Made by a program: the position numbers and the translations under genes | Source of the DNA: an uncultured Candidatus Saccharibacteria bacterium | GTDB taxonomy: Bacteria > Patescibacteriota > WWE3 > UBA101185 > UBA10185 | Assembly (NCBI GenBank): GCA_964540135.1 | Contig: CAZILK010000001.1 | Coordinates: 17,843-81,842, forward strand | Direction: 5' to 3' | DNA length: 64,000 nt | Shown here: in pieces, positions 20,368 through 30,667 of the stretch | How the letters are laid out: every line of letters starts with the position of its first letter | Numbering within the stretch: the stretch's first letter is position 1 | Notes under the pieces: generated by a model | Seen by the model: the letters and a program-made list of their open reading frames with translations, nothing else | Databases searched by the model: none | Told to the model about the DNA's origin: nothing

Positions 20368-21408
20368 ATGTTTCTAACAATTGCAATTCCAGCATATAAT
20401 AGACCGGATAACCTAGATGTACTTCTCTCAGGTCTCGTAAAGATCTTAACAGATGAAACTCAGGTTTATATTTCTGATGATGCCTCTCCGTTAGCCTCAG
20501 AAATCAGACAAGTTGTTGAAAAGTACACCGCTCTAAATCCAAACATAAAGTATTTTTTAAACGAGCAGAATTTAGGGTACAGCGGAAATGTGTTTAAGCT
20601 TTATGAGTTAAGCGATTCAAAGTATATCTGGTTTTTGTGTGACGATGATGTTGTTTTAGAAACATCAGTCAGCGATATCATCTCCAAGCTGAAAAAACAT
20701 GAGCCAACCGTTGCTGTTTTTAACCATACACAAATTGATCCATATGGCAGGAAAATAAAAGCTTTTTACGGGGATCACGATTTACTATTCACAGATGATG
20801 CGCAGTTTGAAGATGCTTCCCATTTGTTTAGAATCTGCTTTCTATCAACTCTTGTGGTTGAGAAGCTTGGAGATCTGCCAGAACTTAAAAAGACAGACTA
20901 TGCAAACAATATATTCGTTCAAATCAGCTTCTCGTTTTTGCTTCTTTCTAAAAAGTTTAAATTTGCTGAATTCACAGATGTAGTTTTACACCGTAATGTT
21001 GGCTTTAAATACGGTGAATTCTTTAAGTTTTACACAATAGATACTTTAAAATCGATTTACATTGTTGATCACTGTATATCAACCAAAAAATTCAAAGACT
21101 GGGCTATTAGAGATATGCCTACTGCTTTAAAGCTGTATCTTTCACAAAAACTAGGCCTTTTTAAATATTGGGGGAGACCCACTAAACAGTCTATAAGGTC
21201 TCTCTTTGATTATTACGGCATTTACGCTCTAGCTTTTCTCTCTTTCCCAGTTATTAGCTTTCTAACTCCGACCATTCTACTAAAAGCGCTATATTTCTTT
21301 CAATTAGTTCAAATCCACGGGTTTGAGCAAGCTAAAGTGTTATACAAAGAGAAAATTAACAGAGCGTATACTGATTCAAGGAAAACTGGTTTTACAACAT
21401 ACAAATGA
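20368..21408 (+). CDS. Glycosyltransferase family 2-like
   Basis: N-terminal LTIAIPAYNRPDNLDVLL...VYISDDASP resembles GT2-A; less canonical downstream. Confidence 0.6.
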   Translation: MFLTIAIPAYNRPDNLDVLLSGLVKILTDETQVYISDDASPLASEIRQVVEKYTALNPNIKYFLNEQNLGYSGNVFKLYELSDSKYIWFLCDDDVVLETSVSDIISKLKKHEPTVAVFNHTQIDPYGRKIKAFYGDHDLLFTDDAQFEDASHLFRICFLSTLVVEKLGDLPELKKTDYANNIFVQISFSFLLLSKKFKFAEFTDVVLHRNVGFKYGEFFKFYTIDTLKSIYIVDHCISTKKFKDWAIRDMPTALKLYLSQKLGLFKYWGRPTKQSIRSLFDYYGIYALAFLSFPVISFLTPTILLKALYFFQLVQIHGFEQAKVLYKEKINRAYTDSRKTGFTTYK

Positions 21409-23624
21409 AGAGATTTGAAAATATTTATTTAAAAATAGTTGAGTTTGTATTAAAGTTTTATTTACCTCTTGGTGTTGTATGTTATCTTTTGTTAGCTGTT
21501 ATTCTAGCTCTAAAATTTGTAAGAGTACTTGGGCCAAATGAGTTTATCTTTATTCATGACGAGTATTTAACCCTAGACAAATTTCACGCATTAAGAGCTT
21601 TTTTGGTACAAAATCCAATCAATTTTGGAACATCGGAGACAACAAACCTGATAGTCACTTTTTTTTCAAGGTGCTACTACCTTGTTAGTTACAGTGTGGG
21701 TATGAGTATTGCTGGCTCACAGCTTCTTCTCTTTAGTATAAAGCTGTTCTTTATAGGATTTCTCCCGTTTTTGGGTTTTAAGAAAATCGCGCAAACATTA
21801 TTCAATATCGATCTAGGCCCTTGTGAAACTCTAGACTTGAAAGCTTGTACAAAGACTTTAGGTAACCTAATTGGTGTAGTGCTTGTTGCTTTAGTCTATT
21901 CATTTAATACCTACACATTGATCTATTGGCATGGAAATAGCTTTGAGCTAACTCTTTTACTTTGTTACGCGTTAGCACCTTTAGCGTTTTACTATTTTCA
22001 TACTGCTTTATTTAAGAAACAAACAATCCTAGCAGATTTTCTTAAGCCAGTAGTTATCTTGTTTTTCATGTCATTTGCATTCTATCTATGTATTGTTTTT
22101 GTACTATTTTTAATGCTGTATTTCTTGCTAATTCATTTTGTGTATAAAACTGATGGAGTCAGTTTACTTAAAAGACTTGGTATTCTTTCACTGTTATACA
22201 TACCTTTCTTACCACTCTTTGGTCTCATCCCGTATGAAATGCTTTTTAGTTCTGTAAGTGGCATTAACACTAGCGGTGGAGAGACATTTAACAACCTTGC
22301 CGGTAGTCTACTTTACCCGCTTTTCATGTGGTATTCATGGGGGATATATACTTACTGGGATCATAGAAATATATTTACTTTTCATGACTTTTTTAAACAC
22401 TTACCTTATTTATTTTCACCGATTCTTGTTTATGTACTTCTACTCGTAAGCATCTTTAAAAACAGTTATAGAAAATATTTACTTATCTTTCTACTTATCT
22501 TTTTATGCTTCTTGTTTTTTATAAAAGGACCTCAAGAGCCTTTTGGCGAACTGTTTAAAGCCTTGCTGGAAAAAGTCCCAGTATTTAGAGTATTTAGATC
22601 TCCTGATAATAAATTTGGATTTGCACTGGTACTTGCCCTTTGTTTATCAACTCTTTCAATAGTAGACAGAGTCAATAAAAAACTGCTTTTGCCGGTACTT
22701 ATATTCATGCTTCTTGTTCAGTCTCATTTGTTGATTAATTCAAAAGCAATAATCGGTGAGAATACCGATGATTCACGAGACCGGATAATCAGGTATACAC
22801 AAAAGCAAGAGCAATTAATACAGTTTTTGAATTCAAAAAGTCTAGCTTACGAAAATATCTTGCCGTACCCGCCGGATGAGTTTGGCAACTTCACTTTAGA
22901 GGACGGAGATTACCATATAGGTCAGGAGCTTATTTCCAAGAGGGTAGCTCAACCATTTATTTTCTATTCTAAATACAGTGGTGTGAGTACAGAGGTGTTT
23001 TCCATGCTAACCGACTTTTTAGAAGAAAAAGATTTTGAGATCGTAAAACAACTTCCTATAAATTATCTTCTAGTTCGAAGAGATATAGCGCATGTTGACT
23101 ACAACAATCACTTTATCGAGCGTATAAATCGGAGCTTTCCACTGCTTTTCTCCAATGAAACTTATAAGTTGTATGACATCGGTGCGCCAAGTATTCTTAG
23201 TTCAGATAACCTTATTGCTTTTAATGCTGTGAGTCCTATTCATTACAAACTCAAAGTAGATACAACAAGTGCATCTACTTTAACTTTTATGCAAAGTTAT
23301 AATCCCAAGTGGAAGTTATATGAAATAACTGAAGCCGAGTACCTAGCCTGTGATAACGAGAGCTGTAGGCATAGGCAGAAGCCTTTTCTTTCTGAGTTAG
23401 CTGTTCCATTTAAAGAGTCTCATTTCGAAAATTCACACAAGAAAAGCATGCTTGGTATGAATGAATGGGATTTAGATGGAACGAACCAAGATGTTAAGTA
23501 TTACTCGCTGTATTTCTCGCTCCAAAGTTACTTTTATTACTCCGTTCTTTTAGCAGGAGTGTACCTAATGTTTATGTTGTTAATTATAGCTACAAATCGG
23601 TATTCAAACAGAAATGCCAACTAA
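21405..23624 (+). CDS. Large polytopic membrane protein (739 aa), paralogue of 23614-25698; putative glycan polymerase / GT-C-like (YfhO- or arabinofuranosyltransferase-like architecture)
   Basis: About 11 TM helices, then a ~270-aa hydrophilic domain and one C-terminal TM; shares conserved blocks with the next ORF (YYLVSYS.G, N.YT...WHG, KG.Q.PFGE.F......V..F.VFR..D..FGF..VL.L. Confidence 0.55.
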   Translation: MKRFENIYLKIVEFVLKFYLPLGVVCYLLLAVILALKFVRVLGPNEFIFIHDEYLTLDKFHALRAFLVQNPINFGTSETTNLIVTFFSRCYYLVSYSVGMSIAGSQLLLFSIKLFFIGFLPFLGFKKIAQTLFNIDLGPCETLDLKACTKTLGNLIGVVLVALVYSFNTYTLIYWHGNSFELTLLLCYALAPLAFYYFHTALFKKQTILADFLKPVVILFFMSFAFYLCIVFVLFLMLYFLLIHFVYKTDGVSLLKRLGILSLLYIPFLPLFGLIPYEMLFSSVSGINTSGGETFNNLAGSLLYPLFMWYSWGIYTYWDHRNIFTFHDFFKHLPYLFSPILVYVLLLVSIFKNSYRKYLLIFLLIFLCFLFFIKGPQEPFGELFKALLEKVPVFRVFRSPDNKFGFALVLALCLSTLSIVDRVNKKLLLPVLIFMLLVQSHLLINSKAIIGENTDDSRDRIIRYTQKQEQLIQFLNSKSLAYENILPYPPDEFGNFTLEDGDYHIGQELISKRVAQPFIFYSKYSGVSTEVFSMLTDFLEEKDFEIVKQLPINYLLVRRDIAHVDYNNHFIERINRSFPLLFSNETYKLYDIGAPSILSSDNLIAFNAVSPIHYKLKVDTTSASTLTFMQSYNPKWKLYEITEAEYLACDNESCRHRQKPFLSELAVPFKESHFENSHKKSMLGMNEWDLDGTNQDVKYYSLYFSLQSYFYYSVLLAGVYLMFMLLIIATNRYSNRNAN

Positions 23625-25698
23625 GAAATACTTGCCCTATATCGCATCTATCGTAATAGCATTACTTTTTACTTTCACAACATTTAAAGGTGTAAAAAAC
23701 AACGAATTCATTTTTATTTCTGATCAATTTATAAAAGTTAGTTTTGAGGAGGCATCAAAATCTTTTCTGCATTTACGCAAGCTTGAAAATCTTGGAGTTC
23801 ACAATGCGTGGCAAAGCACTGTACAATTTTTTGATTCCATTTATTATTTGGTATCGTATAAGATTGGTTTAACTGTTCTTCATAGTGAAATGCTACTGCA
23901 TTTCATCATCACCTTTCTTACACTAGTCGTATCATTTGAGGCATTCAAAAGACTAAACGAGAAAGTTTTTGGTAATACTTCTACCCTCTCATCTTTTATT
24001 GTTGCGCTATTTTATACTTTTAATCCCTATACGTTTGTTTTGTGGCATGGCGGAGTATATAACTTGGGATCGTGCTTAACCTATGCTTTTGCACCAACCC
24101 TACTTTATTTGGTGTATAAACTTACTTTCTTAAAAAGTTCTGTTAGTACCGCGTTAGCTCTTTCTGTAGTTCTGTTTTTATCTTCATTTGTGTTTTGGAT
24201 GCTAGCTCCAATCTTGTTTTATTTACTTTTGCTAACACCAGTATTTCTTATCATAAACACTTACAAAACAAAAAGCTTTCCTTTAAGACAGTTAGGTTTG
24301 TTTTCACTAACAGCTTTGGTGTATCTGCTGCTTGTTGGTTTCATACTACACTCAATTCTTTTTGAGTTTTTCAATACTGCCGGGTACGCAAGTCCTTTCT
24401 CCACACCGACCTACGGTAATCAGGGAGGGGGACTTAATTATATTCTCAAGCTCTATTTTTCTTGGGGTATTTATAATGTCTGGACACCAAGGACTATATA
24501 CCCAAAGCCAATTACAGATTATTTCTTTTCCAATTTCTATCTTTTTGGATTATTTAGCCTTTATGTTATGGCTTTACTTCCTATGTTGTACTTTTTAGTA
24601 AAAAAGAGTTTAGCTAAACTAGCCCCTCTTTATGTGATCCACTTAGTTTTACTATTAATCTTTATGTTTTTTGCAAAGGCAAATCAGCCTCCGTTTGGAG
24701 AAGTCTTTGATTGGTTATATAGTAATGTAGCTTTTTTCAAAGTTTTTCGAACGGCTGATGTTAGATTCGGGTTTGTAATTGTATTGTGCCTTAGTATCCT
24801 TTTGTTATATAGCTCAAAATTTATAAAAAGGTCTATTTTTGTAGTTCTTACAATTTTTTCCATCATTCTACTTGTTTTCTGGCTATTTACAGGTAAAGCA
24901 ACAAGGGGGTTTGAAATTGACAACATTTCGTACGATAGAATTGTTTATCAAACAGAGGATAGTAAAGGGCTCATAGCGTTTTTAAACGCGAACAAATTTT
25001 TAGATAGGTACGTCCTAATCTTACCAGGATTTTCGTATCATACTTTTGAACTTAAGAAAGGGGATTTCTTTGTTGGCCAAGATATTATCTCAAAGTTTGT
25101 CACCTCCCCTTTCATTTATCCCAATCAGGGAACAACTGATTTATATCTTAGTAGTTATCAGGCGCTTGCAGCCATACTTAAGGCGCGAAGCTACGATCAG
25201 TTTAATAATCTACCGGTGAAATATATTGTATTAAGGCGTGATATCAGCTGTACAGACTGTTATACACAAGAATTAGAAGATTTAGAAAAGAGTCGGGTTT
25301 TTAAGCAAGTATTTGCAAACAGCACTTTTAAAGTTCTAGAGGTGCCGGATAGTGTTGGCATAGTTGAAAATGTAAAAAACTATGTAATGAAATCTCCAGT
25401 CTATATACCTATTTTCAAACCTGAAAGTACAATTAACTTAAACTTAAGTTATAACGATAGCTGGAGATTATATTACGGATCTAAGATTAATCCGCTTAGT
25501 TTAGTGAGAGATTATTTTGCAGATAATGGCCTAAAACCGCGTCAAGTTGGGCCTTTCATGCAGTTTACTAATATTCCACAAGCAGAATCATATACTTTGG
25601 TTTTCGCACCGCAGATTTTGTATTACATGTTACTAGAACTAAGTTTAGTCACAGTGTCGCTTGTTTTAATTTACTTATATAATAGAAAAGATGTTTAA
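23614..25698 (+). CDS. Large polytopic membrane protein (694 aa), tandem paralogue of 21405-23624
   Basis: Same architecture and conserved blocks as the upstream ORF (FIFISDQF, YYLVSYKIGLT, NPYTFVLWHGG, QPPFGEVFDWLYSNVAFFKVFRTADVRFGFVIVLCLS); overlaps its neighbours by 8-11 nt. Confidence 0.55.
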   Translation: MPTKKYLPYIASIVIALLFTFTTFKGVKNNEFIFISDQFIKVSFEEASKSFLHLRKLENLGVHNAWQSTVQFFDSIYYLVSYKIGLTVLHSEMLLHFIITFLTLVVSFEAFKRLNEKVFGNTSTLSSFIVALFYTFNPYTFVLWHGGVYNLGSCLTYAFAPTLLYLVYKLTFLKSSVSTALALSVVLFLSSFVFWMLAPILFYLLLLTPVFLIINTYKTKSFPLRQLGLFSLTALVYLLLVGFILHSILFEFFNTAGYASPFSTPTYGNQGGGLNYILKLYFSWGIYNVWTPRTIYPKPITDYFFSNFYLFGLFSLYVMALLPMLYFLVKKSLAKLAPLYVIHLVLLLIFMFFAKANQPPFGEVFDWLYSNVAFFKVFRTADVRFGFVIVLCLSILLLYSSKFIKRSIFVVLTIFSIILLVFWLFTGKATRGFEIDNISYDRIVYQTEDSKGLIAFLNANKFLDRYVLILPGFSYHTFELKKGDFFVGQDIISKFVTSPFIYPNQGTTDLYLSSYQALAAILKARSYDQFNNLPVKYIVLRRDISCTDCYTQELEDLEKSRVFKQVFANSTFKVLEVPDSVGIVENVKNYVMKSPVYIPIFKPESTINLNLSYNDSWRLYYGSKINPLSLVRDYFADNGLKPRQVGPFMQFTNIPQAESYTLVFAPQILYYMLLELSLVTVSLVLIYLYNRKDV

Positions 25699-27322
25699 TT
25701 CTTCACTTATTTACGATTACAACGACATTGCGTCGTATTTTATCTCGGCACTTCGCGAAAGAAGTGGAGTAAACCACTTTTCTTTAGTTGAAGCATCTCC
25801 AATACTCACAAAGCTCGAGCCTTTAAACGGGCTTATAAATTTATTCTTTTTCAAACTGTTTGATCAAATACTGGCAATAAACTTGATTTCCATCATGTAC
25901 TTAGTACTTGGGTTTACTGTGTCTTACATTTTATTTAAAAAAATAAGTAAGAATAATGTCTTGTCGATCTGTTTTGCATTTTTCAATACCTTCTCAATTT
26001 ACAATCTCTATCGAATAATTTCGTTTACAACAGACCTGATGCAGTTTTTTATGTTCCCATTAACCATCTATTTGTTATATACAAAAAAACTTAAACCGCA
26101 TCTTCTAGCTTTATTGTGTCTTGTTGGTTTTGGACTGAGCATATACTCATCGTTTATGTGTGTTGTTGTAATTCTTTTTTGGTATCTCAGCGATTTGTTT
26201 TTCTCACAAAGCATTTTAAGTCAAAGACTTAAGGAAGTTACTAAAAACTTTTTATTATTTCTTGCGCCGCTATTTGTTGTTGGGGCAGTTCTTTATAGCA
26301 GTGTAATCTTACCTTCTCTGCCTTACTTTGCACGGTTCACGAGAGATGAGAACAAGCTAATTAGGAACATGAAAACAAAGTACAGACCAATTGAGGATTT
26401 TTACAGCTTAAGCTTTAGACCTTGGTATTTTGTAATTCCACCAAAAAACTCAGTTTTTTTTGGAGAAGTTGGCAGATCGGCATATAAAAGAATAAGTGAA
26501 ACCGGTTACTTTCTTGCTGATGATTATACAGAGGAAGAAGCAGCGGGGAGTTATTTAGGTTGGCATTTTATTTTAGGCGCTCTTTTTGTGTATGCCTATT
26601 TAATGTATAGAAAACTCTCTCACAGCACAGCAAGAGGTTTTGACTCAATCCTGGAAAACGAGACTCTAATTTTAAGACTCGGGTTAATTACAATCTTAAT
26701 TCTTCTTGTAAGCCACCCACCCACCTTTACAATAAGTGGTATTATATTTGTAACTCCAACTTACTTCATTTATAAGTTTCTCCCAGTATTTAGAACACTT
26801 GTCAGGTTCAGTGCATTCATATATTTATTTATCTTGATTATAAACCTTATCTTATACACGGACTTATACAACAAGATGACTGCCAAATTGCGAGTTTTGT
26901 TTGTGCCGGTTTTACTTATCTCCACGTTTGTAGTTATGCAAATTAAGCTGCCGATAGTAGATGTTAAAAGAGCTCCTTCTGATATCGCCTTCATTAAGAA
27001 TTACATGAGAGAGCCGTATAACTTTGCTGTATATCCAAAAGGGGACTATTATTCCATTTTTTGGCTGTTAAATACTAAAAAGCTATTGATAAACCCTGTC
27101 GATTTTATTAACGAAGAGTCTGGATTTGACTCAAATAAGTTCAGCAAATCTCTTAATACGGTGGAAGGCTTGGCAGCTGCAAGGTCGTATGAGGCAAAGC
27201 TGTTGGTTGTGTATAAAAAGCAATTACCGCTAAAAACTGCTCAAAAGGATTTAGAATTCTTTACAACAGTGCTAGGGGAGCCTGTTTTTGAGTCTAGTGA
27301 GGCTGTAATATTTACTTTGTAA
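25691..27322 (+). CDS. Polytopic membrane protein (543 aa), function unknown
   Basis: At least 10 hydrophobic helices; translationally coupled (8-nt overlap) to the preceding membrane-protein gene. Confidence 0.5.
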   Translation: MFNSSLIYDYNDIASYFISALRERSGVNHFSLVEASPILTKLEPLNGLINLFFFKLFDQILAINLISIMYLVLGFTVSYILFKKISKNNVLSICFAFFNTFSIYNLYRIISFTTDLMQFFMFPLTIYLLYTKKLKPHLLALLCLVGFGLSIYSSFMCVVVILFWYLSDLFFSQSILSQRLKEVTKNFLLFLAPLFVVGAVLYSSVILPSLPYFARFTRDENKLIRNMKTKYRPIEDFYSLSFRPWYFVIPPKNSVFFGEVGRSAYKRISETGYFLADDYTEEEAAGSYLGWHFILGALFVYAYLMYRKLSHSTARGFDSILENETLILRLGLITILILLVSHPPTFTISGIIFVTPTYFIYKFLPVFRTLVRFSAFIYLFILIINLILYTDLYNKMTAKLRVLFVPVLLISTFVVMQIKLPIVDVKRAPSDIAFIKNYMREPYNFAVYPKGDYYSIFWLLNTKKLLINPVDFINEESGFDSNKFSKSLNTVEGLAAARSYEAKLLVVYKKQLPLKTAQKDLEFFTTVLGEPVFESSEAVIFTL

Positions 27323-27343
27323 GCAATATGTTAAGATAAATCT

Positions 27344-27754
27344 ATGCAATTCCTGAACTTTAATATGTTTTTGGTTTTATTGCTTACCTTATTTGTTATT
27401 TTCTATATTTTGGATCTTGATTCGCTTGTTAAACTTGAAAACAAAAACATTTTGTTAAAAAGACCTATCACCAATCTCTTACTTTTGGGAATAGTATTAG
27501 GACTTATTTCACGTGGTGGTATGCAAAACTTCTTAGTCTTTTTAGTTTCTGTTGCCTTTGTTCTCTTTGTTATCTTTCTTTTCTCTCTTGATAGAAAGCT
27601 TATGTTTTTGCTGTTGGGGGTGTTACTACTTTCACTGCCATTTCTTTATTCCTTAAACTTGCTGTTTATAGCAATACATCTCGCTACTCTTATTTTTTTA
27701 CTTCTTTTGGTTGTTGTGTGTAAGGAGCTATCACGTGAAAGCAGTCTTTCTTAA
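27344..27754 (+). CDS. Small hydrophobic membrane protein (136 aa, ~4 TM)
   Basis: Leu/Phe-rich; four hydrophobic segments; sits between membrane-protein genes in the same operon. Confidence 0.4.
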   Translation: MQFLNFNMFLVLLLTLFVIFYILDLDSLVKLENKNILLKRPITNLLLLGIVLGLISRGGMQNFLVFLVSVAFVLFVIFLFSLDRKLMFLLLGVLLLSLPFLYSLNLLFIAIHLATLIFLLLLVVVCKELSRESSLS

Positions 27755-29726
27755 ATTATTGTTCTTTGGCTTTGTTCTTTTTAATACAGCGTACGCTGAA
27801 TCCAAATACGAGTACTATAAAGAGCATTTCGAAGCTATTAAAACTTCAGCAATGCGTGAATCAGCAATAAACACCAAGATTTTGGTTCGTGGTAAAGGCT
27901 TTTTTCGCGATGATTATGATATTCTTTTTACTTCTAAATTAACACCAAATCAAATGGAGAAGTTTAAAACAAATGCGATTCTCATTTGCGATAAGACCTA
28001 TCAAGTGACTAGTGATATTGCATGTGGGATTGATAGCGTGACAGGCAAGGGTTTACAAGTTACAGATTTTGAAAAGTTAAAAATATATTCTCTAACAAGC
28101 AGTACCGGAACTTTAATAATTATTCCTGAAAGTAATTTTGTATTACCAGCACATAAGAATACACTTAGAAAGTTTTTAACTAACCTATACAAATCACAGT
28201 TAAATCCATCTGCCTCGAATTTTGCTAAATATGAATATATCAATAATATCTATTCAAATAGTGTAACAAAGATTGTTCTCTTGGTTGCGCTCCTCCTTTC
28301 AGTCATAGGGTTAGCCCGATTTATTCATAATTTTAAACCTGCGGTTAAAAAGTCTATATTTACGATACTTCTGGCAGATTTCATTACACTGATCCCAGTC
28401 TCTCTATTTGTTTATACTCGTGAGTCAATACCCCTAGCTTTAGATAGCTATGCATCCTTCATTACACGGTTGTTAGATCCATTTATTTTCATACAGTCAC
28501 TAACAACATACTCATTTATGGAGATTGCCGTTGCCTCGATGTTATATGTTTTCATAATACTCAGTTTTGTACTGTTTGTTTTACCAACTGTACATGGATT
28601 TGTTGCAAATTCCTTCACAGACCTTAATGTTAAGAACAAGGACTACTCAAAATATGTCCTGCTGCTTACATGGGCTTTAACTGCTCTTGTTTTAATTACC
28701 CCCGCTGTTAAAAATCCGTATTTACTTTTCGTTCTTCTTATACTAGTTTTTATCTTAAACAACATACGAAGTGTTGATAAAAAAGAGAGCAAAGATAGCT
28801 ATAAAAAGATTGTTATAGTTACAACACTTGTGGCTCTAAATGTTTTCTTTTACCTATTTGTTAATGTATTAAACTTAATACCCGGTAAAACATTGAAATT
28901 ATTTGGTGGATCGTCTCTACTTCCCACTACATTTAACGAAGCAGCTGCAGTTGCTATAGAGCCGTTGTATCCAGCATCAAATTCTCTTGTGTTTGCAGAC
29001 AAGTACCTAATCTATCACCCAAGCATTAAGAATATTGTTAATGTTCCTATCTCGAAATTCACAAGCACCGCAAATCATATTATTGTCCTACCTGATATTG
29101 AGGACTCATTGTTTAAAATTATCCACGAAGATAATGAATTAAAATACAAACTAATGACAAACAATAAGACAAGTTATCTGACTTTTAATGCTGACAGTCA
29201 AAAACAGTATATGCTGAAATTAACATTTAAATGTTCAAAAGAATTAGCTAGCTTTGACGGTAATTTTAAGCCATTTTACTTTAATAGCAGGCTTGGGGAG
29301 TTTGTGACAGATGGTGCCAGACTGCCATTTATGACTTTCACAGGGTGTACCTATATAGAAGGTAATGAGGGTACATATAGCGTACCTCTAACTTTACCTG
29401 AAGACTTTATGACCGGTGAGATTATTATGAAGTTCAACTTTTCGGTCAGTGATTATGTTGATGATATGACTTTATTTGAGAATAATATAGAGAAAGACTT
29501 CGACTATATTAACTTGACGACAGTTGAAAATGTAGCCTATCAAATCTATACAGATTACACTCAACCGGTATACGTTTATAGTGATATTTCAGAGGAGGTT
29601 AAATTTAGTAGTAACTACCTAATCTCTCAAAATATTAACAGCTTATTGTCAAAAGGTTTAATAAACGGGCACTTTACACTGTGGTCAGATACATTTGGGG
29701 CTTCAATCAAAAACACTAACAAATGA
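27735..29726 (+). CDS. Secreted/membrane protein: signal peptide, N-terminal extracytoplasmic domain, ~6 TM core, C-terminal ~270-aa extracytoplasmic domain
   Basis: Probable GTG start giving VKAVFLKLLFFGFVLFNTAYA-ES (signal peptide with AYA cleavage site); the ORF-track Met at 27711 overlaps the previous gene; hydrophobic core at residues ~180-400. Confidence 0.5.
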   Translation: MKAVFLKLLFFGFVLFNTAYAESKYEYYKEHFEAIKTSAMRESAINTKILVRGKGFFRDDYDILFTSKLTPNQMEKFKTNAILICDKTYQVTSDIACGIDSVTGKGLQVTDFEKLKIYSLTSSTGTLIIIPESNFVLPAHKNTLRKFLTNLYKSQLNPSASNFAKYEYINNIYSNSVTKIVLLVALLLSVIGLARFIHNFKPAVKKSIFTILLADFITLIPVSLFVYTRESIPLALDSYASFITRLLDPFIFIQSLTTYSFMEIAVASMLYVFIILSFVLFVLPTVHGFVANSFTDLNVKNKDYSKYVLLLTWALTALVLITPAVKNPYLLFVLLILVFILNNIRSVDKKESKDSYKKIVIVTTLVALNVFFYLFVNVLNLIPGKTLKLFGGSSLLPTTFNEAAAVAIEPLYPASNSLVFADKYLIYHPSIKNIVNVPISKFTSTANHIIVLPDIEDSLFKIIHEDNELKYKLMTNNKTSYLTFNADSQKQYMLKLTFKCSKELASFDGNFKPFYFNSRLGEFVTDGARLPFMTFTGCTYIEGNEGTYSVPLTLPEDFMTGEIIMKFNFSVSDYVDDMTLFENNIEKDFDYINLTTVENVAYQIYTDYTQPVYVYSDISEEVKFSSNYLISQNINSLLSKGLINGHFTLWSDTFGASIKNTNK

Positions 29727-29800
29727 AACAGATAGGTTCGTGTTTAGTAGTCATTTTTATCAGTGTTTTTATGTTAAATAAGTTATATAGTATTTAGTAA

Positions 29801-30523
29801 ATGTTTAAAACTAACCTCTTTTCCAAATTTCCATTTTTATCAAATGGGAAAAATAGAGATGAGTGGATAAGAAATAAACTTCTCGCAATTCCTGATGGCA
29901 TGTCTATCCTTGATGCTGGGGCAGGTGAATGTCCATATAAGATTTATTGCAGCCATCTAAATTACACAAGCCAAGACTTTGGCAAGTACGATGGTGTTGG
30001 GGATTCTGTTGGGTTACAAACAGCTAAGTGGGATAACTCCAGGCTAGACATAGTTTCAGATATAACTGCAATTCCAGTTGAATCAGCAAGCTTTGACTAT
30101 ATTTTATGCTCTGAAGTTATTGAGCATGTTCCATTCCCAGACCAGGCAGTAAAAGAAATGGCTAGAATTCTAAAATCTGGTGGGAGGCTAATATTAACGT
30201 CCCCCTTTTGCTCGCAAACTCACTTTGCTCCTTACCACTTTTGTACGGGGTTTAACATCTATTGGTATGAAACAGTTTTAGGAAAATACGATTTAGAACT
30301 AGAAGAGGTTGTTAAAAACGGCAATTATTTTGACTATGTCTTGCAGGAGTTAACTAGATTGCCGATTGTAGGTATGAGATTCTCAAGCTTAAAAGTGTTT
30401 AGCTTGTTTTTATATCTATTCATTATCCCTCTCGTGTTTATACTTTTTTTGTTTAGTCTTGTGTGTAAAGACAGTAGCTCGCTCATGTGTTTTGGTTACC
30501 AGGTTGTAGCAAAAAAGAAGTGA
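29801..30523 (+). CDS. Class I SAM-dependent methyltransferase with C-terminal membrane anchor
   Basis: Motif I ILDAGAGECPY, LKSGGRLILTSP; C-terminal hydrophobic helix FSLFLYLFIIPLVFILFLF. Confidence 0.65.
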   Translation: MFKTNLFSKFPFLSNGKNRDEWIRNKLLAIPDGMSILDAGAGECPYKIYCSHLNYTSQDFGKYDGVGDSVGLQTAKWDNSRLDIVSDITAIPVESASFDYILCSEVIEHVPFPDQAVKEMARILKSGGRLILTSPFCSQTHFAPYHFCTGFNIYWYETVLGKYDLELEEVVKNGNYFDYVLQELTRLPIVGMRFSSLKVFSLFLYLFIIPLVFILFLFSLVCKDSSSLMCFGYQVVAKKK

Positions 30524-30667
30524 TTAGGTGAGTTTCTTAATGCTTGATATAGTCGAAACACCTTAATAGTGTTGGCAAGGAGTATAATCTTGTATACTGT
30601 AAGCGAGCTATGGTTGCAGTTTTCACTCTCGAGTCTATTGAGTTTGTAACAACCATAAAACCTAAGA

